Shown here piece after piece: positions 1-7,405 of a stretch of DNA of 64,000 bases; the stretch's first letter is position 1; the number at the start of each line of letters is the position of its first letter. The notes beneath the pieces are model-generated. The model saw only the letters and a list, made by a program, of their open reading frames with translations. It did not search any database and was not told where the DNA came from. Source of the stretch: an uncultured Planctomycetota bacterium (lineage in GTDB: Bacteria > Planctomycetota > Planctomycetia > Isosphaerales > Isosphaeraceae); assembly GCA_963737655.1 (NCBI GenBank), contig CAVTTN010000002.1:1984001-2048000 (forward strand). The letters are read 5' to 3'. The position numbers and the translations under genes were made by a program.

Positions 1-180
1 GATTACGAGTTCGAGGATCTGTGGGGGATCGCCCAAGTCATCTACGAAGAGACGACGGGTAGCGAGATGCCAACGGTCGATTTTGCTTGGCCTGCCGAGC
101 CGAAGGGGGATCGCTGGGATTTCGACGACGACGAACAAGTCACACGCAAGCTCCCCAAACTGGCCGAGCTTTACGCCTGA
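1..180 (+). CDS. 3' end of a cassette gene, DUF4240-like protein (partial)
   Basis: Frame 1 is open from base 1: DYEFEDLWGIAQVIYEETTG...EPKGDRWDFDDDEQVTRKLPKLAELYA*. The 'P.G..WDFDD....LP.LA' tail resembles DUF4240 C-termini. The stop TGA lies inside the R'' box of attC1. Confidence 0.65.
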   Translation, partial: DYEFEDLWGIAQVIYEETTGSEMPTVDFAWPAEPKGDRWDFDDDEQVTRKLPKLAELYA

Positions 181-274
181 CCTCGCGCTGCAGCGGACCC
201 CGCACCGCCTCGGTGCTCCCCGTGCTATCATGGATTCCTGGGCGGTGCAGGTCCGCTGAGCTCTATCGTTAGGC
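175..274 (+). repeat. attC site 1 (100 bp)
   Basis: R'' GCCTGAC, 5 nt, L'' GCTGCAGC ... L' GCTGAGC, 6 nt, R' GTTAGGC. Extra G in L''; stem GGACCCCGCACCGCC / GGCGGTGCAGGTCC. Confidence 0.9.
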
Positions 275-289
275 GGCTTGGAGACACCG

Positions 290-853
290 ATGGAGGAATC
301 GGACCTCGCCGCGATTGCGCACCGGCTCGCTCGCCCGAGCGTCCTGCTCAAGCGCGACGCCGCCGTGGGTGCTCTCGCCGGCGTGTGGGGCGGCGCAGGC
401 GTTGTGCCCGCCCCGGCCGGGCCTTTCCGGCACTGGCTCAGCATCGACTGCCGCTTCCTCCCTGCCGGGCTCGGGCCGCCTGGCGGCGTCCTGAGCGTCT
501 ACACCAACGAACAGGACTGCGTGTCCGGTTACGTGGGCCACGACCCGGCGGCGAGCCTCGCGGTCGGCGAGGGGCATCCTCTTTATGCACAGCCCAGGTC
601 CTCGCTTCCACCGCCGGAGGCCCTGTCCGCAGAGGACGATGCGACGTACATTCACCTCTGGCAATCCAACTGTCCTCTGTATGCGAGTGAGGCGACGGCG
701 GTGCTCGGCGGCTGGCATTTCCCCTGGCCCGACGGCGATTGGGAGGAGTTGCGTGAGCATCGCCTTCTGGTCTGGACGATCGAGGACTCGGAGCCGTGGG
801 TCGAGGTGTGGGCCGAACCCTTCGGGTTCCGCGTTCTGCAGCGGATCACGTAA
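290..853 (+). CDS. Cassette 1: hypothetical protein (weak resemblance to YwqG/DUF1963-like proteins)
   Basis: ATG at 290 after GGAG; ORF fills the attC1-attC2 interval; Trp-rich C-terminus GGWHFPWPDGDWEEL...EPWVEVW. Confidence 0.75.
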   Translation: MEESDLAAIAHRLARPSVLLKRDAAVGALAGVWGGAGVVPAPAGPFRHWLSIDCRFLPAGLGPPGGVLSVYTNEQDCVSGYVGHDPAASLAVGEGHPLYAQPRSSLPPPEALSAEDDATYIHLWQSNCPLYASEATAVLGGWHFPWPDGDWEELREHRLLVWTIEDSEPWVEVWAEPFGFRVLQRIT

Positions 854-857
854 CGCC

Positions 858-915
858 GCCTAACCGGGCGCTGCAGCGGACCCCGCACCGCCGCATCTGA
901 TCTTTGGCGTTAGGC
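858..915 (+). repeat. attC site 2 (58 bp, internally deleted)
   Basis: Perfect R'' GCCTAAC, L'' GCTGCAGC and R' GTTAGGC. The loop and most of the right arm are missing (CCGCC-GCAT-CTGATC). Confidence 0.85.
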
Positions 916-929
916 GGCTTGGAGGCGAC

Positions 930-1286
930 GTGTCCGAAGGCGCACTCTTCAAGCCCGGTCAACTCGACTTCGTCCACTCGATCCGAGACCTGCTCGGCGA
1001 GGTCCGTGAGCGACCAGCCATGTGGCTCGGTGAGAAGTCGCTGACCGGGCTCAAGTGCCTCCTGTTCGGCGACGAGATCGCTTGTGGCAAGCATGGCATC
1101 ACCGAGCCGGATCAACTGCCGGATGACGTCCCCTGGCGGGGTTTCCGCGAGTGGCTTGCGGGGCGTTATGATAGAGTCGGCTGGAGCGTCGATTGGTACT
1201 GGTTGCTCATCGAACATTCGTCCTCGCAGGAGGAGGCGTTCGATCGCTTCTTCGAGCTGCTCGCGGAATACGAGGCCGCCGTCTAA
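930..1286 (+). CDS. Cassette 2: small helical hypothetical protein (RPAMWLG...FREWL...AFDRFFELL family)
   Basis: GTG start after GGAGG; stop TAA lies inside the R'' box of attC3. Confidence 0.8.
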   Translation: MSEGALFKPGQLDFVHSIRDLLGEVRERPAMWLGEKSLTGLKCLLFGDEIACGKHGITEPDQLPDDVPWRGFREWLAGRYDRVGWSVDWYWLLIEHSSSQEEAFDRFFELLAEYEAAV

Positions 1287-1380
1287 CCTCGTGCTGCAGA
1301 GGACCCCGCACCGCCGCGGCGGTTTACGCGTTATCCTCGTACTCTCGGCGGTGTGGGTCCGCTGAGCTTTGGCGTTCGGC
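1281..1380 (+). repeat. attC site 3 (100 bp)
   Basis: GTCTAAC, 5 nt, GCTGCAGA GGACCCCGCACCGCC ... GGCGGTGTGGGTCC GCTGAGC, 6 nt, GTTCGGC. Confidence 0.9.
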
Positions 1381-1395
1381 GGCGGAGAATCAACC

Positions 1396-1803
1396 ATGAT
1401 CCGACGGCCAGACCTCCGCCCCAGGGTCCGCCATCTCCTGATCGGCGTGGCCGTCGCAGCAGTCGGCCTCTTCGTATTCCGGGACACCTGGGATGGTGGC
1501 GAGGAGGTCATCGTTCGCCAAGATCCGGAGGATCGGCGACCGTGGAATCGCGGCGATGCGATCCGAGTCCGGCTGGATGGCGACCGTTTGCGCGCGTACG
1601 GCCTCTCCAAAGCAGACGTGGTGGAAGCGCTGACACCGAGCACCATTCTCGGTTCCCAGAAGCGAGTCGATCCGCCCGCGGGGGTCGTGTACTTCAGGCG
1701 CCTCCCACGAGCCGACCAGCTCGAAAACTGCGTCTTGAAGGCCGATGCCGAGGGGGAGATCGTCCGGCTCAAGGATGTTGCGAGGGTCGAAGTCGGTCGG
1801 TGA
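1396..1803 (+). CDS. Cassette 3: membrane-anchored stand-alone AcrB/RND docking (DN) subdomain protein
   Basis: N-terminal TM helix, then AIRVRLDGDRLRAYGLSKADVVEAL and LENCVLK...GEIVRLKDVARVEVG, matching RND permease DN-subdomain motifs. Confidence 0.7.
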   Translation: MIRRPDLRPRVRHLLIGVAVAAVGLFVFRDTWDGGEEVIVRQDPEDRRPWNRGDAIRVRLDGDRLRAYGLSKADVVEALTPSTILGSQKRVDPPAGVVYFRRLPRADQLENCVLKADAEGEIVRLKDVARVEVGR

Positions 1804-1924
1804 AGGCTCGGCATCGCCCATCGATTCTCGACGGGATGGGGAGGGGGTCGAGTGGCTCGGCTCGGGCGGGCCGTCCGTCAGAGAGGGTGGTCACCGCCGC
1901 CGGAAGCGTGCCGGCCGGTCTGCC

Positions 1925-2024
1925 GCGTAACCTCGCTCCGCCGCGGGTTCCGCGGCGCCGCGGCGCTTGTGGTAGCATCACCGATGTCTCGGCGGTGCGG
2001 ATCCGCTGAGCTTGATCGTTTGGC
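1925..2024 (+). repeat. attC site 4 (100 bp, degenerate left arm)
   Basis: GCGTAAC CTCGC ... GGCGGTGCGGATCCGCTGAGC, 6 nt, GTTTGGC. Confidence 0.8.
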
Positions 2025-2065
2025 GGCGGAGATCCGACCGGGCTTTACAGGAAGGAGTTCCAGGT

Positions 2066-2506
2066 ATGCGATCGCGTTCCGTCTGGCTATGCGGCTCGAT
2101 CGTCGTGGCCCTGGCTTGCGCGGGGTTGAGGGCTGACGTTCCGCCCCTCGGCGTCGATGAGTTGAAACAGCAGGCGACTCACGTCGTCGTCGGGAAGCTC
2201 ACGACGGTGTATCGCTCGGCAAAAACCGGCGACGACTTCGTGAGGACGAGCGGCATCGCCGAGATCGTTGTCGAGAAGGTCGAGAAAGGCGGCGGGCCAA
2301 AGGTTGGTGAGGTCACGTTCGTCCGGTTCTGGAACCAGCACTGGGTTGGTAAGGGAATGGTTCCCCCGCACAGCCCCGGCCATCACGTCCCGGCGGAGGG
2401 CGCGGTCGTCCGCGCCTACCTGAAGCGAGGCCAGGATGGCAGCTACGAGGCCCTGTTGCCGAATGGATTGGCGGTCGTGGCCGAGCCCGCGATCCGGCCT
2501 CGATGA
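2066..2506 (+). CDS. Cassette 4: secreted hypothetical protein
   Basis: ATG at 2066 after GAAGGAG; signal peptide ...ALACAGLRA-D; beta-rich ATHVVVGK motif. Confidence 0.75.
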   Translation: MRSRSVWLCGSIVVALACAGLRADVPPLGVDELKQQATHVVVGKLTTVYRSAKTGDDFVRTSGIAEIVVEKVEKGGGPKVGEVTFVRFWNQHWVGKGMVPPHSPGHHVPAEGAVVRAYLKRGQDGSYEALLPNGLAVVAEPAIRPR

Positions 2507-2527
2507 GCGTACGGCTCCGGAAGCTGC

Positions 2528-2626
2528 GCCCAACCTCGCTCTGCGGCGGACCCGGCCACGCGGGCGCGGTATGATCGTGCGGGGCGTACCGGAATGGGGC
2601 CGGTCCGCGGAGCTTGGTCGTGAGGC
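2528..2626 (+). repeat. attC site 5 (99 bp, degenerate; R' GTG instead of GTT)
   Basis: GCCCAAC CTCGC TCTGCGGCGGACCCGGCC ... GGCCGGTCCGCGGAGC, 6 nt, GTGAGGC. Confidence 0.75.
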
Positions 2627-2644
2627 GGCGGAGTCAAAGACGCT

Positions 2645-3088
2645 ATGTCTGTCGAGATCGAGCCGGTGCTGCTCTCGGGCGATGACGACGCCATCTTCGA
2701 GTTCGCGTCGGACCCCGACAATTGCCTCGTCACCGACCATCGGGAGGACGAGGGCGACCTGATCGGCTACGTCATCGACGCGATCCCCGAGGCCGGGTTG
2801 GCCTTCTCGGAGGACGACTCGGGCGATGACCTGATCCTCTCCTGCCGAGGCCGCTCCACGCCGGTCGGCCTGACGATGACCCCCCGGGACCGCTACATCA
2901 CCATCCGCGCCCTCAACCGCCTCCTGGCGGGCGACTATGAGATGCGGCTGTTCCGGGTCACGCGCCAGGCGGACACGCACTCCTTCTATCTCAAGCCCGC
3001 CCGATGGTGGAGCGAAGCGGAGAGGGACCATCCCGAGGAGGTGGACCGAGTCTTCCTGGTGGTCGACGAGGCGCTGGACTTCCCGTGA
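2645..3088 (+). CDS. Cassette 5: acidic hypothetical protein
   Basis: 147-aa ORF filling the attC5-attC6 interval; stop ends 1 nt before R''. Confidence 0.75.
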   Translation: MSVEIEPVLLSGDDDAIFEFASDPDNCLVTDHREDEGDLIGYVIDAIPEAGLAFSEDDSGDDLILSCRGRSTPVGLTMTPRDRYITIRALNRLLAGDYEMRLFRVTRQADTHSFYLKPARWWSEAERDHPEEVDRVFLVVDEALDFP

Positions 3089-3089
3089 C

Positions 3090-3191
3090 GCCGAACCTGG
3101 CGCCGCGGCGGACCCCGCGCCGCCGCGGAGCTTTCTCCTTCGAGTCGACGGATCCTCGGCGGTGCGGGTCCGCCGAGCTGATGCGTCAGGC
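3090..3191 (+). repeat. attC site 6 (102 bp, terminal; R' GTC instead of GTT)
   Basis: GCCGAAC CTGGC GCCGCGGCGGACCCCGCGCCGCC ... GGCGGTGCGGGTCCGCCGAGC, 6 nt, GTCAGGC. Confidence 0.8.
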
Positions 3192-3234
3192 GGCTACCCC
3201 CTTGCGTGAGGAAAAGGGGTCAGGAGTGCTCTGG

Positions 3235-3360
3235 AGAAAACCCCGGTGATAGCGTAGAAACGAGTAGGTCCGACTTCAGTCGGGCCTACAGAATAAGACG
3301 TTTTTGTAGGCCCGACTGAAGTCGGACCTACTCGTTTCCTCATTCTCAATGGGGTTTTCT
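3235..3360. repeat. REP doublet / MITE-like element (GTAG family)
   Basis: Perfect 34-bp inverted repeat at 3257-3290 / 3305-3338, each arm containing the palindrome GTAGGTCCGACTTCAGTCGGGCCTAC; outer inverted repeat AGAAAACCCC / GGGGTTTTCT. Confidence 0.85.
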
Positions 3361-3498
3361 ATGGAGCAGGGCCGGGGCCGATTTTGACCGGGGCGGGTGG
3401 CTGAACGACCGCCTCACCGTGAACGCGGGAAAGGGGCCAGGAGCCGATTTCGAGCAATACCCAGTGGTCGGGTCGAGAATCGGGCGATCCGGTTGGTT

Positions 3499-4413
3499 TC
3501 AGCCTGAGGGCGGGGTGGCGATCTCGTAGAGGTCGGACCCTTCGTTGCGGTCGGAGAGGAAGAGGAGTTTTCGGCCGTCGGGCGACCAGGTGGGGAAGGT
3601 GTCTCGGCCGGGATGCCTGGTGAGGTTCGTGGGGTTGGAGCCGTCGGCGGCCATCAGGTAGACCTCGAACTGGCCGTCTCGATTGGAGACGAAGGCGATT
3701 TGGCGGCCGTCGGGGGAGATCGCGGGGTAGTCGTCCAGTCCGGGGCTCCTGGTCAGGCGGGCGAGGTGGGTGCCGTCGGGGTGGATGGTGGCGATCTCCA
3801 GGCCGCCCCAGCGGTCGGTGGCGAAGGCGATGATCGTGCCGTCGGGCGACCAGCAGGGGTGGGCGTCGATCCCGGGGCTCTGCGAGAGCCGGACGAGGTC
3901 CGATCCGTCGGATTTGGCCGTGTAGATTTCTTGATTGCCGTCGTGGGTCGAGCTGAAGGCGAACCGCCGGCCGTCGGGCGACCAGCTCGGCCAATCCTGA
4001 TGCGAGAGGCCGCCCGAGCCGTCGCCCACGACCTTCTTGAGCCCCGAGCCGTCGAGGTTCACCATCGCCAGGTCGAGGTTCCCCTGGGTCCCCGAGAGCT
4101 CGACCACGGCCAGGAGCATGCGCTTGCCGTCGGGCGAGAACGCGCCGTTGAACTCCGGGGCCTTGCGGTCGGTCACTCGGCGGAGCGAATTCGGGTCGGT
4201 CCGGTCCATCGCGTACTGGAAGATCGCCATCCCGCCCGATTCGTGACGGGCGAACGTCACGAGCTTGCCGTCGGGCGAGAACGCGGGCCTCTGCTTGTCC
4301 TTGCCGTCGGTCGTGAGCCTTCGGGGGAGGGGAGGATCAACCGCCAAGACGCCAGGTTCGCCAAGAGTAAAAGAGAAAAGAACGAAGAATTTCACATATT
4401 TGAAGAATTTCAC
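3499..4413 (-). CDS. TolB-like PD40 beta-propeller protein
   Basis: Repeated P.(W/F)SPDG motifs; probable GTG start at 4413 or 4395 giving a signal peptide. Confidence 0.9.
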   Translation of the reverse strand: MKFFKYVKFFVLFSFTLGEPGVLAVDPPLPRRLTTDGKDKQRPAFSPDGKLVTFARHESGGMAIFQYAMDRTDPNSLRRVTDRKAPEFNGAFSPDGKRMLLAVVELSGTQGNLDLAMVNLDGSGLKKVVGDGSGGLSHQDWPSWSPDGRRFAFSSTHDGNQEIYTAKSDGSDLVRLSQSPGIDAHPCWSPDGTIIAFATDRWGGLEIATIHPDGTHLARLTRSPGLDDYPAISPDGRQIAFVSNRDGQFEVYLMAADGSNPTNLTRHPGRDTFPTWSPDGRKLLFLSDRNEGSDLYEIATPPSG

Positions 4414-4491
4414 AATTTCACCCTCACTGAATTTCTCTTCCTCTTCTTCTTTCTCTTCCTCTTCCTTGGCGGACCTGGCGTCTTGGCGGTT
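4339..4491. repeat. MITE-like element with 27-bp terminal inverted repeats and an AT-rich core
   Basis: AACCGCCAAGACGCCAGGTTCGCCAAG (4339-4365) / CTTGGCGGACCTGGCGTCTTGGCGGTT (4465-4491), one mismatch; internal direct repeat GAAGAATTTCACA. Confidence 0.8.
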
Positions 4492-4504
4492 GGTCCCCCC
4501 CGAT

Positions 4505-5872
4505 TCAGAAGAGTTCGGAGAGGACATGACCCGAAGGATTGACGCCGATGCCGGTCAATTCGGCGGCGCCGATGCCCATCCGGGCGAGGATCGTGGCGCC
4601 GAGGTCGGCGGGGGTGGCGGGTCGTTCGGCGGGGTGTTCGCCCTTGCGGTCGGAGGCGCCGACGACGTGGCCGCCCCGGACGCCCCCTCCGGCGAGGAGG
4701 GCCGAGTAGCAGTTGTTCCAGTGGTCGCGGCCCGCCTTGTTGTTGATCTTGGGGGTCCGGCCGAACTCGCCGACGGCGACGATCAGGGTGGAGTCCAGCA
4801 GGCGGCGGTCGTGGAGGTCGTCCAGGAGGGCGGACAGGGCGCGATCGAACATCCAGCCGTGGCGGTCCTGCATGATCTGGAAGTAGCGGTCGTGCATGTC
4901 CCAGCCGCCGTCGCCCGCGTCCTCGGGGGCCTCGACGTGGGTGCTCCAGTTCACCTGGACGAACGGGATTCCCGCCTCGACGAGCCTCCGGGCGATCAGG
5001 CAGCACTGGCCGAACCGATGCGGGCCGTAGGCGTCGCGGACCTCGGGCGATTCTCGCGAGACGTCGAGCGCGGCGAGGCTTTCCCTCGAGGCGATCAGCG
5101 AATGGGCGAGCTCGTAATGCCGGTCCATCGCGGCGAGCGTCCGGCCCGGGGCGAGCGGGTCGAGCCGTTTCAGGAGGTCCCAGCGGGCGCCGAGCCTCTG
5201 GGCGGTGATCGATTCGGGCAGATCGACCTCGGGTAGTTTCAGGCCGACCCCGGGCTCGTAATCGAGGCGGAACGGGTCGAACGGCGTTCCGAGGGTGCCT
5301 CCGCCCTCGCCCACCACGCGCTTCAGGCCCTGATGCAAGGGGTTGCCGAGGACGACATATGGCGGGAGGACGCCCGAGGCGTCTCCCCGGTCCTTCGCCA
5401 CCCGGCCGACGATCGCGCCGGTGCTCGGCCTCATGGCGCCGGACGCCGTCTTGCCGTCGAGGCCGACGGCCCCGGCGATCGAGCCGGTCAAGGCGATCGT
5501 CCCGGCCACGCCATGATCGTTCGATTCGTGATGCATCCCGCGGAGCAGGGCGAAGCGATCGGCCCGCTTCGCCAGCCCCGGGAGGAGCTCGCAGACCCTC
5601 AGGCCCGGGACGTTCGTGGCGATCGGCTCGAACGGCCCTCGGTACTCGACCGGGGCGTCGGGCTTCATGTCGAAGGTGTCGAGATGGCTCGGGCCTCCCC
5701 AGAGCCACAGCACGATCACGGCCTTCGCCGGAGGGGCTTCGACCGCGAGCGCCCGGCTCGCGAGGAGATCGGCCAGCGAGACGCCCAGGGCGCCCAGCCC
5801 GCCGACCTGGAGGAACGCCCGCCGGGAGACCCCGCCGCACGTCCGGCCCGAGAAGCGTCCGAGGCTGAGCAT
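4505..5872 (-). CDS. DUF1501 domain protein
   Basis: MLSLG...SRRAFLQVGGLG (Tat-like), GGPSHLDTFDMKP, WDMH, GEFGRTPKIN, GRDHW motifs. Confidence 0.93.
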   Translation of the reverse strand: MLSLGRFSGRTCGGVSRRAFLQVGGLGALGVSLADLLASRALAVEAPPAKAVIVLWLWGGPSHLDTFDMKPDAPVEYRGPFEPIATNVPGLRVCELLPGLAKRADRFALLRGMHHESNDHGVAGTIALTGSIAGAVGLDGKTASGAMRPSTGAIVGRVAKDRGDASGVLPPYVVLGNPLHQGLKRVVGEGGGTLGTPFDPFRLDYEPGVGLKLPEVDLPESITAQRLGARWDLLKRLDPLAPGRTLAAMDRHYELAHSLIASRESLAALDVSRESPEVRDAYGPHRFGQCCLIARRLVEAGIPFVQVNWSTHVEAPEDAGDGGWDMHDRYFQIMQDRHGWMFDRALSALLDDLHDRRLLDSTLIVAVGEFGRTPKINNKAGRDHWNNCYSALLAGGGVRGGHVVGASDRKGEHPAERPATPADLGATILARMGIGAAELTGIGVNPSGHVLSELF

Positions 5873-6013
5873 GGGCCGCGCCCCCTGTGGCCTGGTCCGG
5901 TCCGTCTCCGAGGGCCAGTCTATCGCGAGGATCGCTCCGGGGCCATCCTTCGCGGATCTTCGGTTTCTTGTGGTCGAGGCCCGGCGCGTCGGATAAAGTT
6001 CTTCGGGCGTGAC

Positions 6014-7327
6014 ATGAGGCCCCGGCTCGAGAGTCCCCCCGAAGTGAACGGACCCACCGAAGACGACGGCGCCGGGCGGCTGAAACGTCGGGCCTGGCTC
6101 GGCCTGGCGGCCTCGACCGTCCTGGCCGGGCGGGCCTGGGCCGAGGAGGGGCCGTCGGCCGAGGCGGACGAGATCCGGGAGGAGCGGGCCGTCCTGGAAA
6201 CGGCGACCAAGGCGGGGCTGGACCGTCTTTCGTGGTCGTCGTCCCCCCATTATGCCTGCCTCGGGAATGTCCGGGTCGAGGACCGCAAGAGGGCCCTGCG
6301 GTGGGCGGAGGCGCTGAGGGCCGGTTTCCTGTCGGAATGGCCCAGGCTGGGTTTCCCGGCCCGGCCCGATCCGAAAAGGCTCCTGATCCTCCTCACCAAG
6401 GATCGGCCGGGCTTCGTGGCCGCCGCTCGGGCCTTCGCCGACCACACCCCGTTCGAAGGGGTCAGCGGAATTTATTCTATCGAATTTCATCTTAATATTT
6501 GCAGTCACGTGATCGATTCGCATTCGGGGCGGACCGATGTCGAATTCATGTTCCGGACGGCTTGCCACGAAGGGATGCATCAACTTTGCTTCCATTGCGG
6601 AGTGTTCCGGCGGGGGGCCGACGTGCCTCGCTGGCTGGCCGAGGGGCTGGCGACCCTGGCCGAGTCGTGGGACGCCTGGGGGCGGCCTTCGCTCCTGGAA
6701 CGCAACGGTCCCGCAGTCGCCCCGGCCCTGGAACTGGCCCGGACCCGCAAGGGCTGGGTCGAACTCCCGGAGCTCCTGCTCGATGGGACCTGGAAGGAGG
6801 AAAATGACGAGGACTACCAAGCCAGATATGGCCAGAGCTGGCTCCTGGTCCATTACCTCGTGACCGAGCCGGCGATGGGGCGGAGGTTCCGCGCCTACCT
6901 CGCGACCATCGCCGGACGGGACGATTCCTCCCGGCAACTGCAGGACGCGCAGGCCCATTTCGGCGACCTCGGCCGCCTGGAACGGTCCCTGATCGAGCAC
7001 GCGAGCCTCGCTTCAGATCAATCCATCCAGGTATCCGCGATCGATCCGGCGAAAATGAGGTCGTCCTCGCTCTGGGCTGGGTGGCATGCTTACGTCTTCG
7101 TAAGCATGTCTTCGGACAGGTTCGCACCGAAGACATGCTTACGAAGACGTAAGCATGCCACCCAGCCGGGCCCGGACGAGTCCGGCCCTTCGGATCGGCT
7201 CGTGAGGGGGTTCGGGTCCGGTTTTCGACCTCGGAGGCGCGTCAGGGTCTTCCCGACCGTCGGAGTCGCCAGGTCCGCCCCGGCTTCTCGGACCGGGACA
7301 CCCTCGCGGTGGCCGATCGTGGTTTAG
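6014..7327 (+). CDS. DUF1570 domain (zincin-like) protein; 3' end uncertain
   Basis: RR signal, HEGMHQL, VPRWLAEGLATLAE, YGQSWLLVHYL. The ORF reads through a REP, so the true end may be near 7058. Confidence 0.8.
   Translation: MRPRLESPPEVNGPTEDDGAGRLKRRAWLGLAASTVLAGRAWAEEGPSAEADEIREERAVLETATKAGLDRLSWSSSPHYACLGNVRVEDRKRALRWAEALRAGFLSEWPRLGFPARPDPKRLLILLTKDRPGFVAAARAFADHTPFEGVSGIYSIEFHLNICSHVIDSHSGRTDVEFMFRTACHEGMHQLCFHCGVFRRGADVPRWLAEGLATLAESWDAWGRPSLLERNGPAVAPALELARTRKGWVELPELLLDGTWKEENDEDYQARYGQSWLLVHYLVTEPAMGRRFRAYLATIAGRDDSSRQLQDAQAHFGDLGRLERSLIEHASLASDQSIQVSAIDPAKMRSSSLWAGWHAYVFVSMSSDRFAPKTCLRRRKHATQPGPDESGPSDRLVRGFGSGFRPRRRVRVFPTVGVARSAPASRTGTPSRWPIVV
7075..7167. repeat. REP doublet (GTGG family), copy 1
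   Basis: Perfect 41-bp inverted repeat 7075-7115 / 7127-7167 with internal hairpin CATGCTTAC-GTCTTC-GTAAGCATG. Confidence 0.9.
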
Positions 7328-7405
7328 GGTTGAGGGTCGAGCCTGCGTCCGGACGCGACAGGGACGAGTCGTCGCGTCGATCGGCTCGGAAAGGACGTTC
7401 CCGCC

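Larger units (their letters stand above)
175..3191 (+). mobile_element. Integron-type gene cassette array (distal end; integrase not in window, so either a CALIN or an integron extending to the left)
   Basis: Six homologous imperfect palindromes with attC geometry, each separated by one same-strand ORF. Confidence 0.9.

Noticed and set aside
175..3191. CRISPR array or simple terminators as the explanation for the recurring repeat
   Set aside because: Repeats are ~100 bp and divergent, the spacers are whole genes, there are no U-tracts or cas genes, and the geometry matches attC.
87..3249. Short ORFs sharing 'RCGSAEL' or 'LQRTPHRR' peptides as a peptide family
   Set aside because: They are translations of the attC repeats in alternative frames.
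4505..7327. 831-aa and 664-aa overlapping ORFs as long proteins
   Set aside because: These are stop-free upstream extensions in GC-rich DNA; the real divergent genes start at 5872 and 6014.
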